A DNA stretch of 64,000 nucleotides from the NCBI RefSeq assembly GCF_020745735.1, contig NC_083435.1, positions 8,897,201 to 8,961,200 of the forward strand, given 5' to 3'. Made by a program: the position numbers and the translations under genes. The notes below the pieces were generated by a model. The model searched no databases, was not told where the DNA came from, and saw only the letters and a program-made list of their open reading frames with translations. Below are positions 50,780 through 62,879 of this stretch, one piece after another. The stretch comes from Hemiscyllium ocellatum (lineage: Eukaryota). Position 1 is the stretch's first letter. Every line of letters starts with the position of its first letter.

Positions 50780-51720
50780 AGAAAGGCATGAAGATCCAAT
50801 CCTTGCAAAACTGAAACAACTGGTATTGATGGGGAATCCAAAATGCCATCAACAAAATTGAAAGTCTTTTGGACTCAGCGAGACTAGATCACAGGAGAGG
50901 ATAGCACGTTATTATGGAGAGCAAGGGTGATTATCCCGAGTGAAGGTCGCTGCCAGATATTGGCTGAACTCTACCAGGGCCATCCAGGGGTTTCCAAAAT
51001 GTAAACATTGGCGAGCAGTTACATCTCACAGCCAGGCTGGGATGCAGACATAGCTGTGTTGGTGGGCCAGTGCCCAGGGTGCCAAGAAGGGCAAACGTTG
51101 ATGCCAGCATGTTCCCCCACATTCATGGGAATGGTCGGGTAAAGCTTGGACTTGGCTGCACATCAACTATGCAGGTCCTTTCATGGGTTAACTTTCTTAG
51201 TAATTGTAGTCGCTCACTCAAAATGATTGGACGTGTGTAGGGTCCATTCATTAAACACAGGAGCAACAATAGAAAAACTGCCACGCATATTTTTCAACAC
51301 ACAGAGTCCCAGAAGATATGGTTACAGATAATGAGCCATCATTTACCAGCAAGGAATTTGGTTATTTCTTAACGTAAAATGGAATTCACCTTAGAAGGAC
51401 AGGTCTGTATCACCCATCATTCAATGGCCTGGAGGAAAGAACAGACCAAACTTTAAAGGCAGGCTTGTCGAAACAACCTGTAGCTTCACTAGATACCAAG
51501 CTGTCAATGTTCTTATTTGATTATAGGACTGCTGCACACGTAACTACAGTGATAGCTTTGCAGAGGAGCTAATGAGTAGAAGACTCCACACAAAGTTAAG
51601 CGTGATTTTCCTGGACTTGGGGAGAGAAGATGAAACAGCATCAGGAACGCTGAAGCCAGACACCAGACTCCACCAAGCAAGAGAGACAGTTTGATCCAGG
51701 GGGTAACATTCTGGACAGTT
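50780..51720 (+). mobile_element. Gypsy LTR-retrotransposon integrase remnant
   Basis: Frameshifted: LLWRARVIIP..GRCQILAEL.QGHPGVSKM, QCPGCQ (HHCC zinc finger), LHINYAGPFM, VTDNEPSFTSKEF and YHPSFNGLEER. Confidence 0.85.
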
Positions 51721-52341
51721 TGTCCCAAGGATGGTATCATTAGATGGGACATTTTTTAGCTGGGGAATTCAATGAATCTGGAATCATACAAAACGTTAAA
51801 TTTAGCTGATAATGATCATGAAGTTCTGATTGTTTTACTAATATCCTTCAGGAAAGGAAATCGATCAGACCCACAGTGACGCGATTGACTTTGACCTGCC
51901 TTCTGACATGGCCTCGGAAGCCACTCAGTTATATCAAACTGTGACAGAAAGAAAAAGCCTGTGGATGTACCCACACCACCCAGACCAGAGTGGATCAAGA
52001 AAGCATCTCACTACCACCTTCTCAATGACAGTTATGGATGTGCAATAAATTCTGGCCAAGCCAGTGATACACATGATGGAAAATACATTTTAGAAAGGTC
52101 TCATTCCTCCCCAGAGATTGATTAGATAATGTTTCATTCTTTATCAGAGAAGCCGTGGTTAAATAAGTGATTATTCCTAAGCAGACAAAAATGAACTATC
52201 ATTTTCACTCTACATTCTAATTCATATTAATTTTAGATGGTTAAAAATCTGCTACAGTTACAATTAATTTCAATTTATCTACTGTTTCTCCTCAATTTAC
52301 AAACATAAATCTCATCTTTCGATGGCCTGTTTTGCTCCTAC

Positions 52342-52470
52342 CTTTAATCATTTTGTCCTCTTTTCTGTGGATCATTACATCAATAGTAATTGCCATAATT
52401 ACAAGGCTGACAAACACCCAGAAAATTACCAGCCAGATATTGGTCGCATTGACTTTGGCGAAGAACTCAT
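52342..52470 (-). CDS. Transmembrane exon of butyrophilin-like gene B
   Basis: ttcttttttttaacctcag|ATGAG...ATTAAAG|gtagga; 129 bp, phase 1-1. Encodes DEFFAKVNATNIWLVIFWVFVSLVIMAITIDVMIHRKEDKMIK. Confidence 0.88.
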
Positions 52471-52953
52471 CTGAGGTTAAAAAAAAGAAAGGAATTAGTA
52501 TCTGATTTGTGATGTCCAAAGCAGTGAGTTTTCCTCCCAGATAACGTCAGTTAATCAATTCTTACCATAATCTCTGTTGCTGATACAGGTAAATAATACC
52601 AATAACAAGAAGGGTCTCTATTGATTGGATCACTTGGATTCCAGATGAAGTTCTGAATAAACATTTGTTTCTCAGAATAACACTCAGCCAAAACCACAAT
52701 ACTGACTGTCCTTGGTCCTATTCTCAACCCAGTGGCCACAGCTGGAATATGAAATGTGGACATTGGGTGAGGACACATCAGGCCCAGCTTTAGTGTTGTG
52801 GATGGTCAATTCACTTCAGGTTTAAATATGAAAAGCAGCCCATTGGGTGTGGTCCAGAGAAGAATCAATGCTCATGATCCACACCCAGTCTGAGTTATTG
52901 TCTTCAGGAGAGCAGAAATGTTACTCATCAAATTGTTACCGAACTCAACCTAC

Positions 52954-53238
52954 CTGATATCTGGAGATGAGCCACTTGTCCTTTGCTCAATAACTGGTTT
53001 TCCATGAAACATGAAAACCTGTTTACAGAATCACTTGTGACATCAATATGACTCTGGACGGTGATGAGGCCTGTGGAGTCCTGAATGAATTCTGTTTCAG
53101 ACTGTGCTGTCACATCTTCTCCTTTCCCATTTACCCAGTGAATCAGTGGCTCAGGATACCATCCGTCTGATTGACACACAACACAAAGTCCTCCTTTGCT
53201 ACTTTCCTCCACGTGAACCCAAGGCCGGTGTCCAAACT
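52954..53238 (-). CDS. IgC (B7/BTN C2-type) exon of gene B
   Basis: ctaattgcag|...TCAG|gtaggt; 285 bp, phase 1-1. FGHRPWVHV...VVCQSDGWYPEPLIHW...FSCFMEN...HLQIS carries the BTN motif C.S.GWYPEP. Confidence 0.92.
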
Positions 53239-53384
53239 CTGCAATTAGGGTTTAATCAGTCATTCAACTCATATTCAGTTTAAGTTGTCAAATGTTTAAT
53301 TTAACAGCACATAATCATTTCAGTCCAGAATGGCAGTGGCAGGAGGAGTTGGTAGTGGTGGTGTTGGGACTGGAAACCAGAGCA

Positions 53385-56255
53385 ATAGGTCGGCATGTGA
53401 AGTGATTGAGGAAAAGGTAGACGTTAAGTCAAGTCAGTCTAGTAGGAAGAACAGGCAGGACCTGGTTAATGAACACATCAAGACTGGTAATCTGATGTAT
53501 ATTTCATGTAAGGAGTATAACAGGTAAGGTAAATGAGCCTAGATCTGGATTAGTTCATGAAACAACAATTACAGAGAGCAGCCATTACAGAGACTTGATT
53601 GAGAGAAAGGTGGGACTGTCAGCTCAACATTCCAGGGTTTAGATATTTCAGGCATGATAAAGAGGGATGGAAAAGGGATGGGCAAGTTGCATGACTTATT
53701 AAGGAGAATGTCAAAGCTGCACTAAGAGAGGACATCATGGAGGGATCATCCAGTGAGGCCATATGAGTAGAAATCAGGAATAAGAAAGCTTCAATCACTA
53801 CCAAAGGCCTCCCAATAGTCAGTGGGAGATAAAGGAACAGGTATGTAAGCAGATCATGGAAAGGTATCAAAACAACAGAGTTGTTGGGGAGAGTAATTTT
53901 AACTTCTCCAATATTGATTGGGACTCCGTTAATGCCAGGGCAGAATTTGTTTGGAGGCTTTCTTGAAACAATATGTAGATAGTCCAATAAGGGGAGGGGT
54001 CAAATTAGACTTTGCACTGGGGAATGAGCCTGGCCAGGTGATTGAAGTTTCAGTGGGGTACAGTTTGGGAACAGTGATCATAATTTTCTAAGTTTTAAGA
54101 TAGTTACAGAAAAAATAGTATTGGTCCTTGGGGAAAACTGGCAAAGTGAAGGAACGTTAATTGCAACAGTATTAGGTAGGAACTAGACAAATTAGAATGG
54201 AGTGGCTGTTTGAGGGTAAATCTACTTCAAACATGTGGGAGTCTTTGAAAGGTCAGGTCTAGCATGTTTCTGTCAGGATGAAAGATAAGGTTGGCAAGAT
54301 TCAGGAACCCTGGATGACAAAAGAGATTGAAAGTTTAGTCAAACATAAAAAGGAAGCATACATAAGGTTTAGGAACCTGTAATTAGAGGATCCCTTGAGG
54401 AATATAACGGCAGAAGAAAAGAACTTTAACAGGGAATTATGAGGGCTAAAAGGGCCATGAAATGGCCTTGGCCAGTTGAATTAAGGAGAATCCCAAGGCA
54501 TTTTGTCTCCAAGGAGCAAGCGGGTTGCTAGGGGAACCCAAGGACAAAGGAGGGAACATATGCATGGAGCTCCAGAAAGTGGTCCTTAAAAAGTACCTTG
54601 TGTTATCACTTACCAAGGAGAAGGACACAAGATGATGGTAAAATTAGGATGCAGTCTGTTGCTATTCTTCCATTATTAAAAAGGTCGTGGTGTTGGAAAA
54701 TATTAAAACAGGTAAGTCCCCAGGGCCTGATGGGATCTATCAGAGGATACTATGAGAAACAAGGGAGGAGATTGCTGGGGCTTTGATAACAATCTTTATA
54801 TCCTCTTTAGCCATCGATGAAGCCCCAGAAGACCTGGAGAAAAGTCAATAATTATTCCTTTGTTTACAAAAGGTAACAGCGATAGACCCAGACATTATAG
54901 GTCAGTGAGCCTTACATCAGAGGTAGGGAAATTAGTGGAGAAGATTCTTAGAAACAGAATTTACTCGCATTAGGGATAGTCAGCATAGCTTTGTGCAGGG
55001 GAGGTCTTATCTCACAAAGTTGATTGAGTTTTCTGGGGGAGTGATGAAGATGATTGATGAAGATGGGGCAGTGGATGTTGTCTACATGGATTTTATGAAA
55101 ACATCTGACAAGGTCGCTCATGGTAAGCTGGTCCAGAAGATTAAGTCACATGGGATCTATGAGAGGTTGGTAAATTGGAGACAAAATTGGCTTGGTCATA
55201 GAAGATAGAGGGTAATTGTGGAGGGGTATACTTCTGACTGAAGACCTGTGACCAGTAGTATTCCACAAGAATCAGTGCTGGGACCTCTGTTGCTTGTAAT
55301 ACAGATAAATGACAATGATGAAAATGTAAATGTTCTGATTAGTAAGTTTATAGACAATGCAAAAATTGGTGGAGTTATGAATAGTGAGGAAGGTTGTCAA
55401 AGGATTCAGCAGGATATACAGGGAGATCAGTTGGAAAGTTGAGTGGAAAAATGGCAGGTGGAGCTTAATTCAGAAAATTGTGAGATGATGCATTTTGGAA
55501 TGCCAAATGCAAGAGGAAAGTATCCAATAAATGATGGAATCCATCGGAATATTGATATGTAGAGATCTTGGGTAGCAGTCCAAAGCTCCCTGAAAGGGCC
55601 AACACAAGTCAATAAGGTAGTAAAGAAGATGTACAGCATAATTGGGACTTTGAATATAAAAGTTGGCAAGTCATGTTACAGCTGTTTAAACTTTACTTAG
55701 GCCACATGTCGAGTATTGTATGCAGTTCTGGTCACTAGACCACAGAAAGGATGTGGAGACTTTGGACAGGATACAAAAGAAGCTCATCAGGATGTTGATT
55801 GGATTAGAGTGCATTAGCTAAAAGGAGGGGTTAGACAAATGTAGATTGTTGTTGCTAGAGCAGTGGAGGCTGAGAGGCAATCTGATCAAAATATATAAAA
55901 CCAAGTGAGGTGATGGATAGGGTGGAGAGTTGGATTCTTTTTCTGACGGGGGTGGAAATGTCAAAAACAAGGGAGCATAGGTTTAAGATGAGAGGGGGAA
56001 AAGTTTAAAGGAGATGTGCGAGGCGTTTTTTTAACACAGACCTGGGAGTAGATACCTGGAATGCAATGCCAGGGAGGTGGAAGGAGCAGGTATCACAGCG
56101 ATATTTAAGAGGCAGTTAGACAGATACGTGAACAGGTAGGGAATAAAGGGATAAGGATCAGGTGCAGATGGGATTAGTTTAGAATGGCATCATGGTCAGC
56201 ATAAACATGGTGGGCCGAAGGGCATGTTTCTGGGCAATACTGTTCTATGTTCTAC
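53385..56255 (+). mobile_element. Decayed near-complete CR1 ORF2 with 3' tail, in the IgV-IgC intron
   Basis: EN, RT (VDVVYMDF...DKVAH, PQESVLGPLL) and the tail gttctatgttcta. Confidence 0.88.
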
Positions 56256-56884
56256 GTTTTCATATGAAACCTACTGTTCCTTCCTTGACTACCTAAATAT
56301 TGAAATCAGAGGAGGGTAATTTTAACTGTTGGTGCTAATATTAAAACAGGCAATATCGGAATGGTGCATAATGCTTCAATCTCTCCAATCATAACCAGTT
56401 CTCTCCCTGGTTTCTCAGCCAGGAGGTGATCACTGAATATGAATCAGATCATTTACCCTATTCTGAATCATTCTGGACTCCTTCATCTCAACTTCTCTCA
56501 AACTCTTTTTCAATAACTGCTACCGTGATATACAACTTTCTGTTTCATTAAATTATTACTCTCTTGTAGCTCCCTGTTCCATTTCAGATCATATCAAACA
56601 CACCAACAAAGACAGCCCAAAGGTTGGATGGTGGAAGACTGTCTGCTTGACTGAGAGTGAAAACCCATTCATCTCGAAACCATGACCACATGACTAAAAA
56701 CCAAAAGGTCATTGCCAAGTGTTGCCAAACTCCTTCCAGAGACCCTCTTCACCACTCGCCATCTTTCCCCAGCTTCAGATCCAACGTTAGTGTAGTTTGT
56801 ACCCCCTACATCAGAGAGTGCTCAAACTGCTTCAATCTATTTTTGGTGACTTCAGATTTTCCACCAATTGAGAAACTGATCCTT

Positions 56885-57625
56885 GAACTGGAGTTCACTG
56901 AGAGCAGTCACTGCTCCCGGAGCTGGGGCGTACTGAAAGATTCCCAATTCCTGGAGCTGGGGTTTACTGAGAGATTAGGAGAATGTGAGGAGTGCAGATG
57001 CTGGAGATTAGAGTCAAGATTAGAGTGGTGCTGGAAAAGAACAGTAATTCAGGCAGCATCCGAGGAGCAGGAAAATTGACGTTCTGGGCAAAAGCCTGTC
57101 ATCAGGAATCCACTGAGTGATTCCCTGCTCCTAGAGCTGGGGTTCACTGTCTGAGTCCCTGCTTCATCAGCTGGGATTCACTGTGTGATTCACTGCTCCC
57201 AGAGCTGGGGATCACTGAAAGATTCCCAGTTCCTGGAGCTGGGTCCACTGAAAGAGTCATTGCTTCTGGAGCTGGGGTTCACTGAGAGATTCCATGCTCC
57301 TGGAGCTAGGTGCACTGAGAGATTCCCAGTTCCTGGTGCTGCGGTTCACTGAGAGATTCCCAGCTCCCAGAGCTGGGATTCACTGAGAGATTCCCAGATC
57401 CTGGAGCTGAAGGTCACTGAGAGATTCCCAGCTCCTGGAGCTGTGGTTCACTGAGAGATTCCCAGCTCCCGTAACCGAGCGCACTTAGAGATTCTCAGCT
57501 CCCGGAGCCGGGTCACTGAGAGATTCCCAGATCCCGGAGCTGGGTCACTGAGAGATTCCCAGCTCCCTAAGCCGGGTGTACTGAGAGTAATTATTCCTGG
57601 ACCTGGGGTTCACTGAGAGATTGTG
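56885..57625. repeat. 34-bp minisatellite (about 18 copies) with a Penelope pLTR inserted at about 56978-57110
   Basis: Unit gagattcccagctcctggagctggggttcactga; period 34 at 57317/57351/57385/57419. Confidence 0.9.
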
Positions 57626-58404
57626 AACACATACAGATTCCCTGCTGTCAGCCTCTTTGAGCCCTTGTATTTATATTCTCCTCCTTGTCTTTTGCCACCC
57701 ATGCAAAACTGAGGCAGTGTTTTAGGCTGGTCTTGTTCAGCTGGCCAACACACATGCTGCAGCAGTTAGTCCTCTTGTAGTTGTTTGACTGTTGACCTTC
57801 CAACCTGTGAGTCTTACACATCACACTGTAGGTGGCTGCAATATGGCCAGATTTACCCGCCCACAGACTCATCAACCTTTGAGCTGCCCAGTTGTGACAG
57901 AATAACCCCAGCAGCTCCTAATTTCCCTAACTGCAGGTCTGCAGGGAGGGTGAAGGATTGCTTCCTTATCATCCACCTTCAAAATCACCTTAACTCATCA
58001 TATTTCACTGTCTGCCAAGGTAGGATGCAAGCGCAGGCTCCCATGATTCTCCCTGGGTCGCAATCCAGTGATATTACCTTTCCTAAAAAGGAGCCAAACT
58101 GTATACTTTACTCCAGATGTAGCCTCACAATGCCCTGTACAATTATAGAAACCATCTCCACTTCATATTTCATTTTCCTTTGCAGTAAACAACATTCAGT
58201 TTGTCTTCCGAATCACCTGCTGTACCTGCATTCTATCATTTCCAGGTTGAACTATCGATACTAACATCTCGAATAGTCCAGCATATGGTTTGTTATTTTC
58301 ATTTTCCATTAGCATGCAGCTTATTATTTGTCATTTATGATTTTAAAAATGTTCTAATCCAAATATTCAGCGACAAGTAGCAGTTTACAATGAGAAAGAC
58401 CAAC

Positions 58405-58752
58405 CTTCAACTTTCAGATCTATCACTGCTTGATCAAGGTGTGTTTTGGAGTCAATGTAACACGTGTAACTCCCTTTGTCTGATCCTTTTATCTTCTTCA
58501 GTTTCAGAGAAGCATTTCCATGGGGAAACTCATCTTTAAACAGTTCTGTTCTCCCTTGATAATCTTTGTCCTGTACATCAGGCCGATCCTGTCCTCCAGT
58601 GTATAAATGAACTGGTGAAGCTGAATGTGTAGTAAACCATCGAACCTCTAAGGTGTTCAGAGATATAGCTGGGACCACTTGGCACTCTAGTACAACATCT
58701 TCACCCACAGAGACTGTGATGGGATCATCTGGTGTAAACACGTGGAATATCT
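58405..58752 (-). CDS. IgV exon of butyrophilin-like gene B
   Basis: tttgtattttgccag|...GTTGAAG|gttggt; 348 bp, phase 1-1. IFHVFTPDDPITVSVGEDVVLEC...EVRWF...VHLY..GQD...QDKDYQGRTELF...GNASLKL..IKGSDKGSYTC is a classic BTN/B7 IgV. Confidence 0.95.
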
Positions 58753-59155
58753 CTGGCAAAATACAAAATAGTAATCAAGTCTGTACTCTGATTGGAGGAA
58801 CAGATTTAAACTTCAGGAAGACATTTTAAAGGACACAGATAAAATTCTGTTTTTTGCCTGACTAATTCCTTCAAAGATTATGAGTTTGAAAGGCACGTAA
58901 TAAAAGAAACAACAGTTGTATAAAGCTTACTATATCTATACCCTTTTGGATTATTCTCACACTGATTGGTTCATTGAACAGCTTATATGAATAGATTGGG
59001 TGACAAAAGGGAAATTCTTTCCAGTAAGCTGAGATTTATAGTGTCACAATGGTTAATTATATTCTCTTTCAAAGGTTATTGTGGGTTTGGGAAAGCTGTG
59101 AAAAAAGTGAAAGATCATTTGTCTTTTTAATTTCAATGACAACTTTGTGAGTTAC

Positions 59156-59203
59156 CAAAGGAAATGAATCATGATGTACTATGATGAGCAACATTGTTTG
59201 CAT
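59156..59203 (-). CDS. Candidate leader (signal peptide) exon of gene B (MQTMLLIIVHHDSFPL)
   Basis: ATG, a short hydrophobic run and donor ttg|gtaact, 400 bp upstream of IgV. It ends in phase 0, whereas the IgV acceptor needs phase 1. Confidence 0.35.
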
Positions 59204-59299
59204 GTCCAATACAAGACTCCCCAAATAAGTTCTCCACTCCAAGTTCCAAATTTCTCAGTGATCACTAGAAGGGCTGAGGAATCCTACTCTAACACTGTG

Positions 59300-61468
59300 A
59301 AAGTCTCCCTAACCAAATGCAATAATCGCTACTGACATGTGAGAATTGCTTGCCCCAGAAAGCACAAACTTGAGGAGTATCTGCAAAGATACCAATCCCT
59401 TCAAGTACTATTGAATGGAGCACACTGAGGCCAAATACAAACAGCAGAAAGAGCATGCGGTATCTACACTGTCCAAGAAAGTGCTGTTGGGATGCTGTGG
59501 GTTCGCCGCAGTGGACATGTACTGCCTGCAGGCACTTGATCTTCTTATCAGGACAGGCGTCGAGTTGCGAGTCATCAGAGCTAGTGGAGATCATCGCTGG
59601 ATCGTGATTGGACGTTGGAGGATCATTTGGTAGTGCCGACCTGCTCTTAGTGGATCTTCATGCTGGCTTCGGCCTAATGCCAATTCAGGTACCAGCCAAC
59701 CTCAAGAGCTATGGCCTCAACAGCCCTGGACAGGGGGTTTGAAACACAGTCAGGGTGACTGTGAAGAAGGTCGAGGGTCATACACCAGTCGATCGCATCC
59801 TGTTTATTGTTGTTGGGATGCTGTGGGTTTGCCATAGCAGACTGTGAAGAAGGTGGAGGGTCGTAGACCGGTCAATTGCATGCTGTTCATTAAGAAAGTG
59901 CTGTTGGGATGCTGTGGGTTCGTCGCAGTGGACATGTACTGCCTGCAGGATTTCCCTGGGGCAGGGTGTTTCGACATGACCTTCAGGAGTGTGAAGCAGT
60001 GCGAGCAGCTCCTGAAGGTCTTCAAGGAGAAGGAAGGGGAGCCGCTATTCTCCATCTTGTCGGCAATCCCATTGTATGTGCATCCTGCACAGAGGAGTCG
60101 GGTTGGTACAATCCATATGTACAACCCCTATGTTGCAGTGGCTGATGTCCTGACCTTCCTGGGAAGGTACGTCCAAGTTGAGGGAGAACCACCGAAGTGA
60201 TCAACCCCTTTGGGATCTGGACCAGTAAGCGGCAGGTCAGGGTAACTCTGAGGGTCGATGATCATGGGATCATTCTCCACCCACCCTCAAGCTTCGCAAT
60301 TGGAGGGAGCAGAGGCTACCGGACATATGCAGGGCAGCCGAAAGTGTGCCGAACCTGCGGGAAGGTGGGACACGTGATGGCGGATTGCAAGGTGACGATC
60401 TGCAGGAATTGCAAATAGGAGGGTCACCTGACTAAGGACTGTCAGGAAGCAAAGAGCTGCAACCTGTGCGGAGAGGCGGGCCACATGTACAAGACCTGGC
60501 CAAGACTGGGGGGCCCCACTTACGCACAGATGGCTGGAGGTGGCAATGTGAGCCGTGGATCCCCAAAGACCAGCAAGTCTGGTGGCACCCAGAAAGAAGA
60601 ACAGGCTGGAGTGGAGGAGGCAGCAGCCAGCGGAGAGACACAGCAGCTGATCCTAGCCCTAGCTGGGCAGATGGAAGCAATGGAGGAGGAGGTAATCAAG
60701 AAGGCAGAGGAGTGGATACCGGTTAAAAACAGGAAGAGAAAATCCTGCCAGGCCCCCAAAGCCTCCCAGCAAAGAAGGAAAAGACAGCTGCACGAGGGAG
60801 AGAAGGCCAGCGCTTCGGATGGGGAAGATGGGCGCAAAGGTCATCACCACCAGAAGAAGAGACAGAGCGCCGTAGATAAAGAGGAAGGCATTTCCTCCCA
60901 ACCAGGAAACAACGGACTCCCCGAAGTCCACCCTCCACCCAGTGAGAACCAGGGGGTACCCACTGCCCAACAACTACAGGTAACTGAAAGCTGTGATCCT
61001 CTGACAGTCCCATTGTCAGACACAGAACTGGACGGTGCGGACCCTTGCCTGGGCTCAATGACACCAGAGCGGGTAAATGACCCCAGTGAGGAGCTGGATA
61101 GCTACCTTAGCCCAGCGAAGGTCCAGCAGTTCGAGCTCACCATGGGGATACAGACAGCTACCCCAGAGACAGAACAGTCAAATGGACAATGGTAACCCCA
61201 TAAATTGGGGATTAAAGAAGGTTACTTTGCTATCGTAAACAGGGCACCCACTCAGTCGGTGGGTTCCGCTGAAGCCACAGCTAAATAATAAGAGACTGGA
61301 TGGTTAATAAAGGGAATTGTAAATAGGATAACTGTAAATTCGATTAATTCAATCTGTTCTTTGTAATGTTAAGATATGCAATGTATATATCTATGAACGA
61401 CATGATAAATTGTACAGGTACCAAAGATTTATTCCTATGAATAAAGTATATTTTGAAATTTAAAAAAT
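59300..61468 (+). mobile_element. Tx1-like non-LTR element retaining only ORF1 (ZCCHC3-like, three CCHC knuckles) plus 3' tail
   Basis: KKVLLGCCGF.AVDMYCLQDFPG...HMYNPYV...YAGQPKVCRTCGKVGHVMADC..ICRNCK*EGHLTKDC..SCNLCGEAGHMYKTW. ORF1 stop at 61195, then about 270 bp to aataaagtatattttgaaatttaaaaaa. No ORF2. Confidence 0.85.
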
Positions 61469-62879
61469 CCACACTGTCCAATCCATCCATCCTAAATACC
61501 ACATGCCACATCTGTGGCAGAGTCTGTGGCTCCAGAACTATTCAAAAACCACAGAAGCCCAGCTGAGTGAAAGCATTCATCTTCAGCCCTGAGGGACTGC
61601 CAAGAAAGAAACAGAAAATGTAACATGTAATCTTCCCCGATAATAACACTGGCCGTGAAGCAGTTCTCAGGCACAAGAAGCTGTAAACTCAGCTCCTTTA
61701 TGGGTTTGACGTTTTGGATGAAAAATGAAGCAGAGATATTTCCAGATTAACAGGATTCCTGAAATGATGAAAGCAAAATACTGCAAATGCTGGAAATCTT
61801 AAAAAAAAACCATAAAATGCTGGAAAACCTCAGCATGTCTGAGAGTATCTGCAGAGAGAGAAATGGAGATAATGTTTCAACTCCAGGATGATTCTTCTTC
61901 AGAATTATGTTTATCAGTTTATTCTCTCCATAGATGCTGCCAGACTTGCTGAGTTTCTCCAGCATTCTCTGTTTGATTTCTCAGTTCATCCCTTTTTGCT
62001 CAACAACTGACCTCTTTGTACTTCATGGTTTTAAACAAAAAAAAGCATGTGTTTGTACAATCCAGCAGTGCCCCAGGCACTTCACAAGAATGTTACAAAT
62101 GTAAACTTGTCACTCACCCATATTAGATTAGGACAGACAGCCAAGAGCCTGGTTACAGAGGGAAATACTATAAAAACTTTTAAAGGAGAAAAACAAGGCT
62201 GTGAATCAGAAGTATTTAACAGGAATGATTGAGATTAAGATCTCAGTGGCTGAAGGTATGGCCTCCAATGATGGAGCAATTAACTTTGGAGATACCAACC
62301 AAAGTAGAATGAGATGAGTTTAGATCTTCCGGAAGGTTATGGGCAATATTCTCTTTAATTTGCACGGTAACTCAACATGTTCAAACAGCAAGGGCTGGCC
62401 CTTTAAATTCATACCAATGCATGGCCACACACTTTAAAAAATCACCTCTACACCTAAAAACAAGTTTTGAAGGAATGTTTGTTGGTTGTGAAGTTGGAGG
62501 AGATTACAAATATGGGAGGAATAAGGGCATGAAGGTTTTTCAAAACAAGGATGATCATTTGAATCTAAGGCATAACTTAACCTGGAACTACTGCATAAAC
62601 CTGATGGAAACTAATTTGTTTTTAACTACATGCGAGCCCCACTGTTGTACTTCAACATATGTGTATAACCTGGATCTTTAGTGAATGCTGAGAGAATGTT
62701 ATATTGATAAAAGTGATATTTTGATTGATTGACTTATTGACTTATTAACATGTCTCCTTCAGTACAGTGAAGCTTTGTTTACAAGCAGTACAGGCAGATC
62801 ATTGTGAGTGAGGAAGGTTGTAAACCTGATCAAAGGCTGCTAAAAAGCTGGACAGAGGCATACAGGTTACATTGCACAG

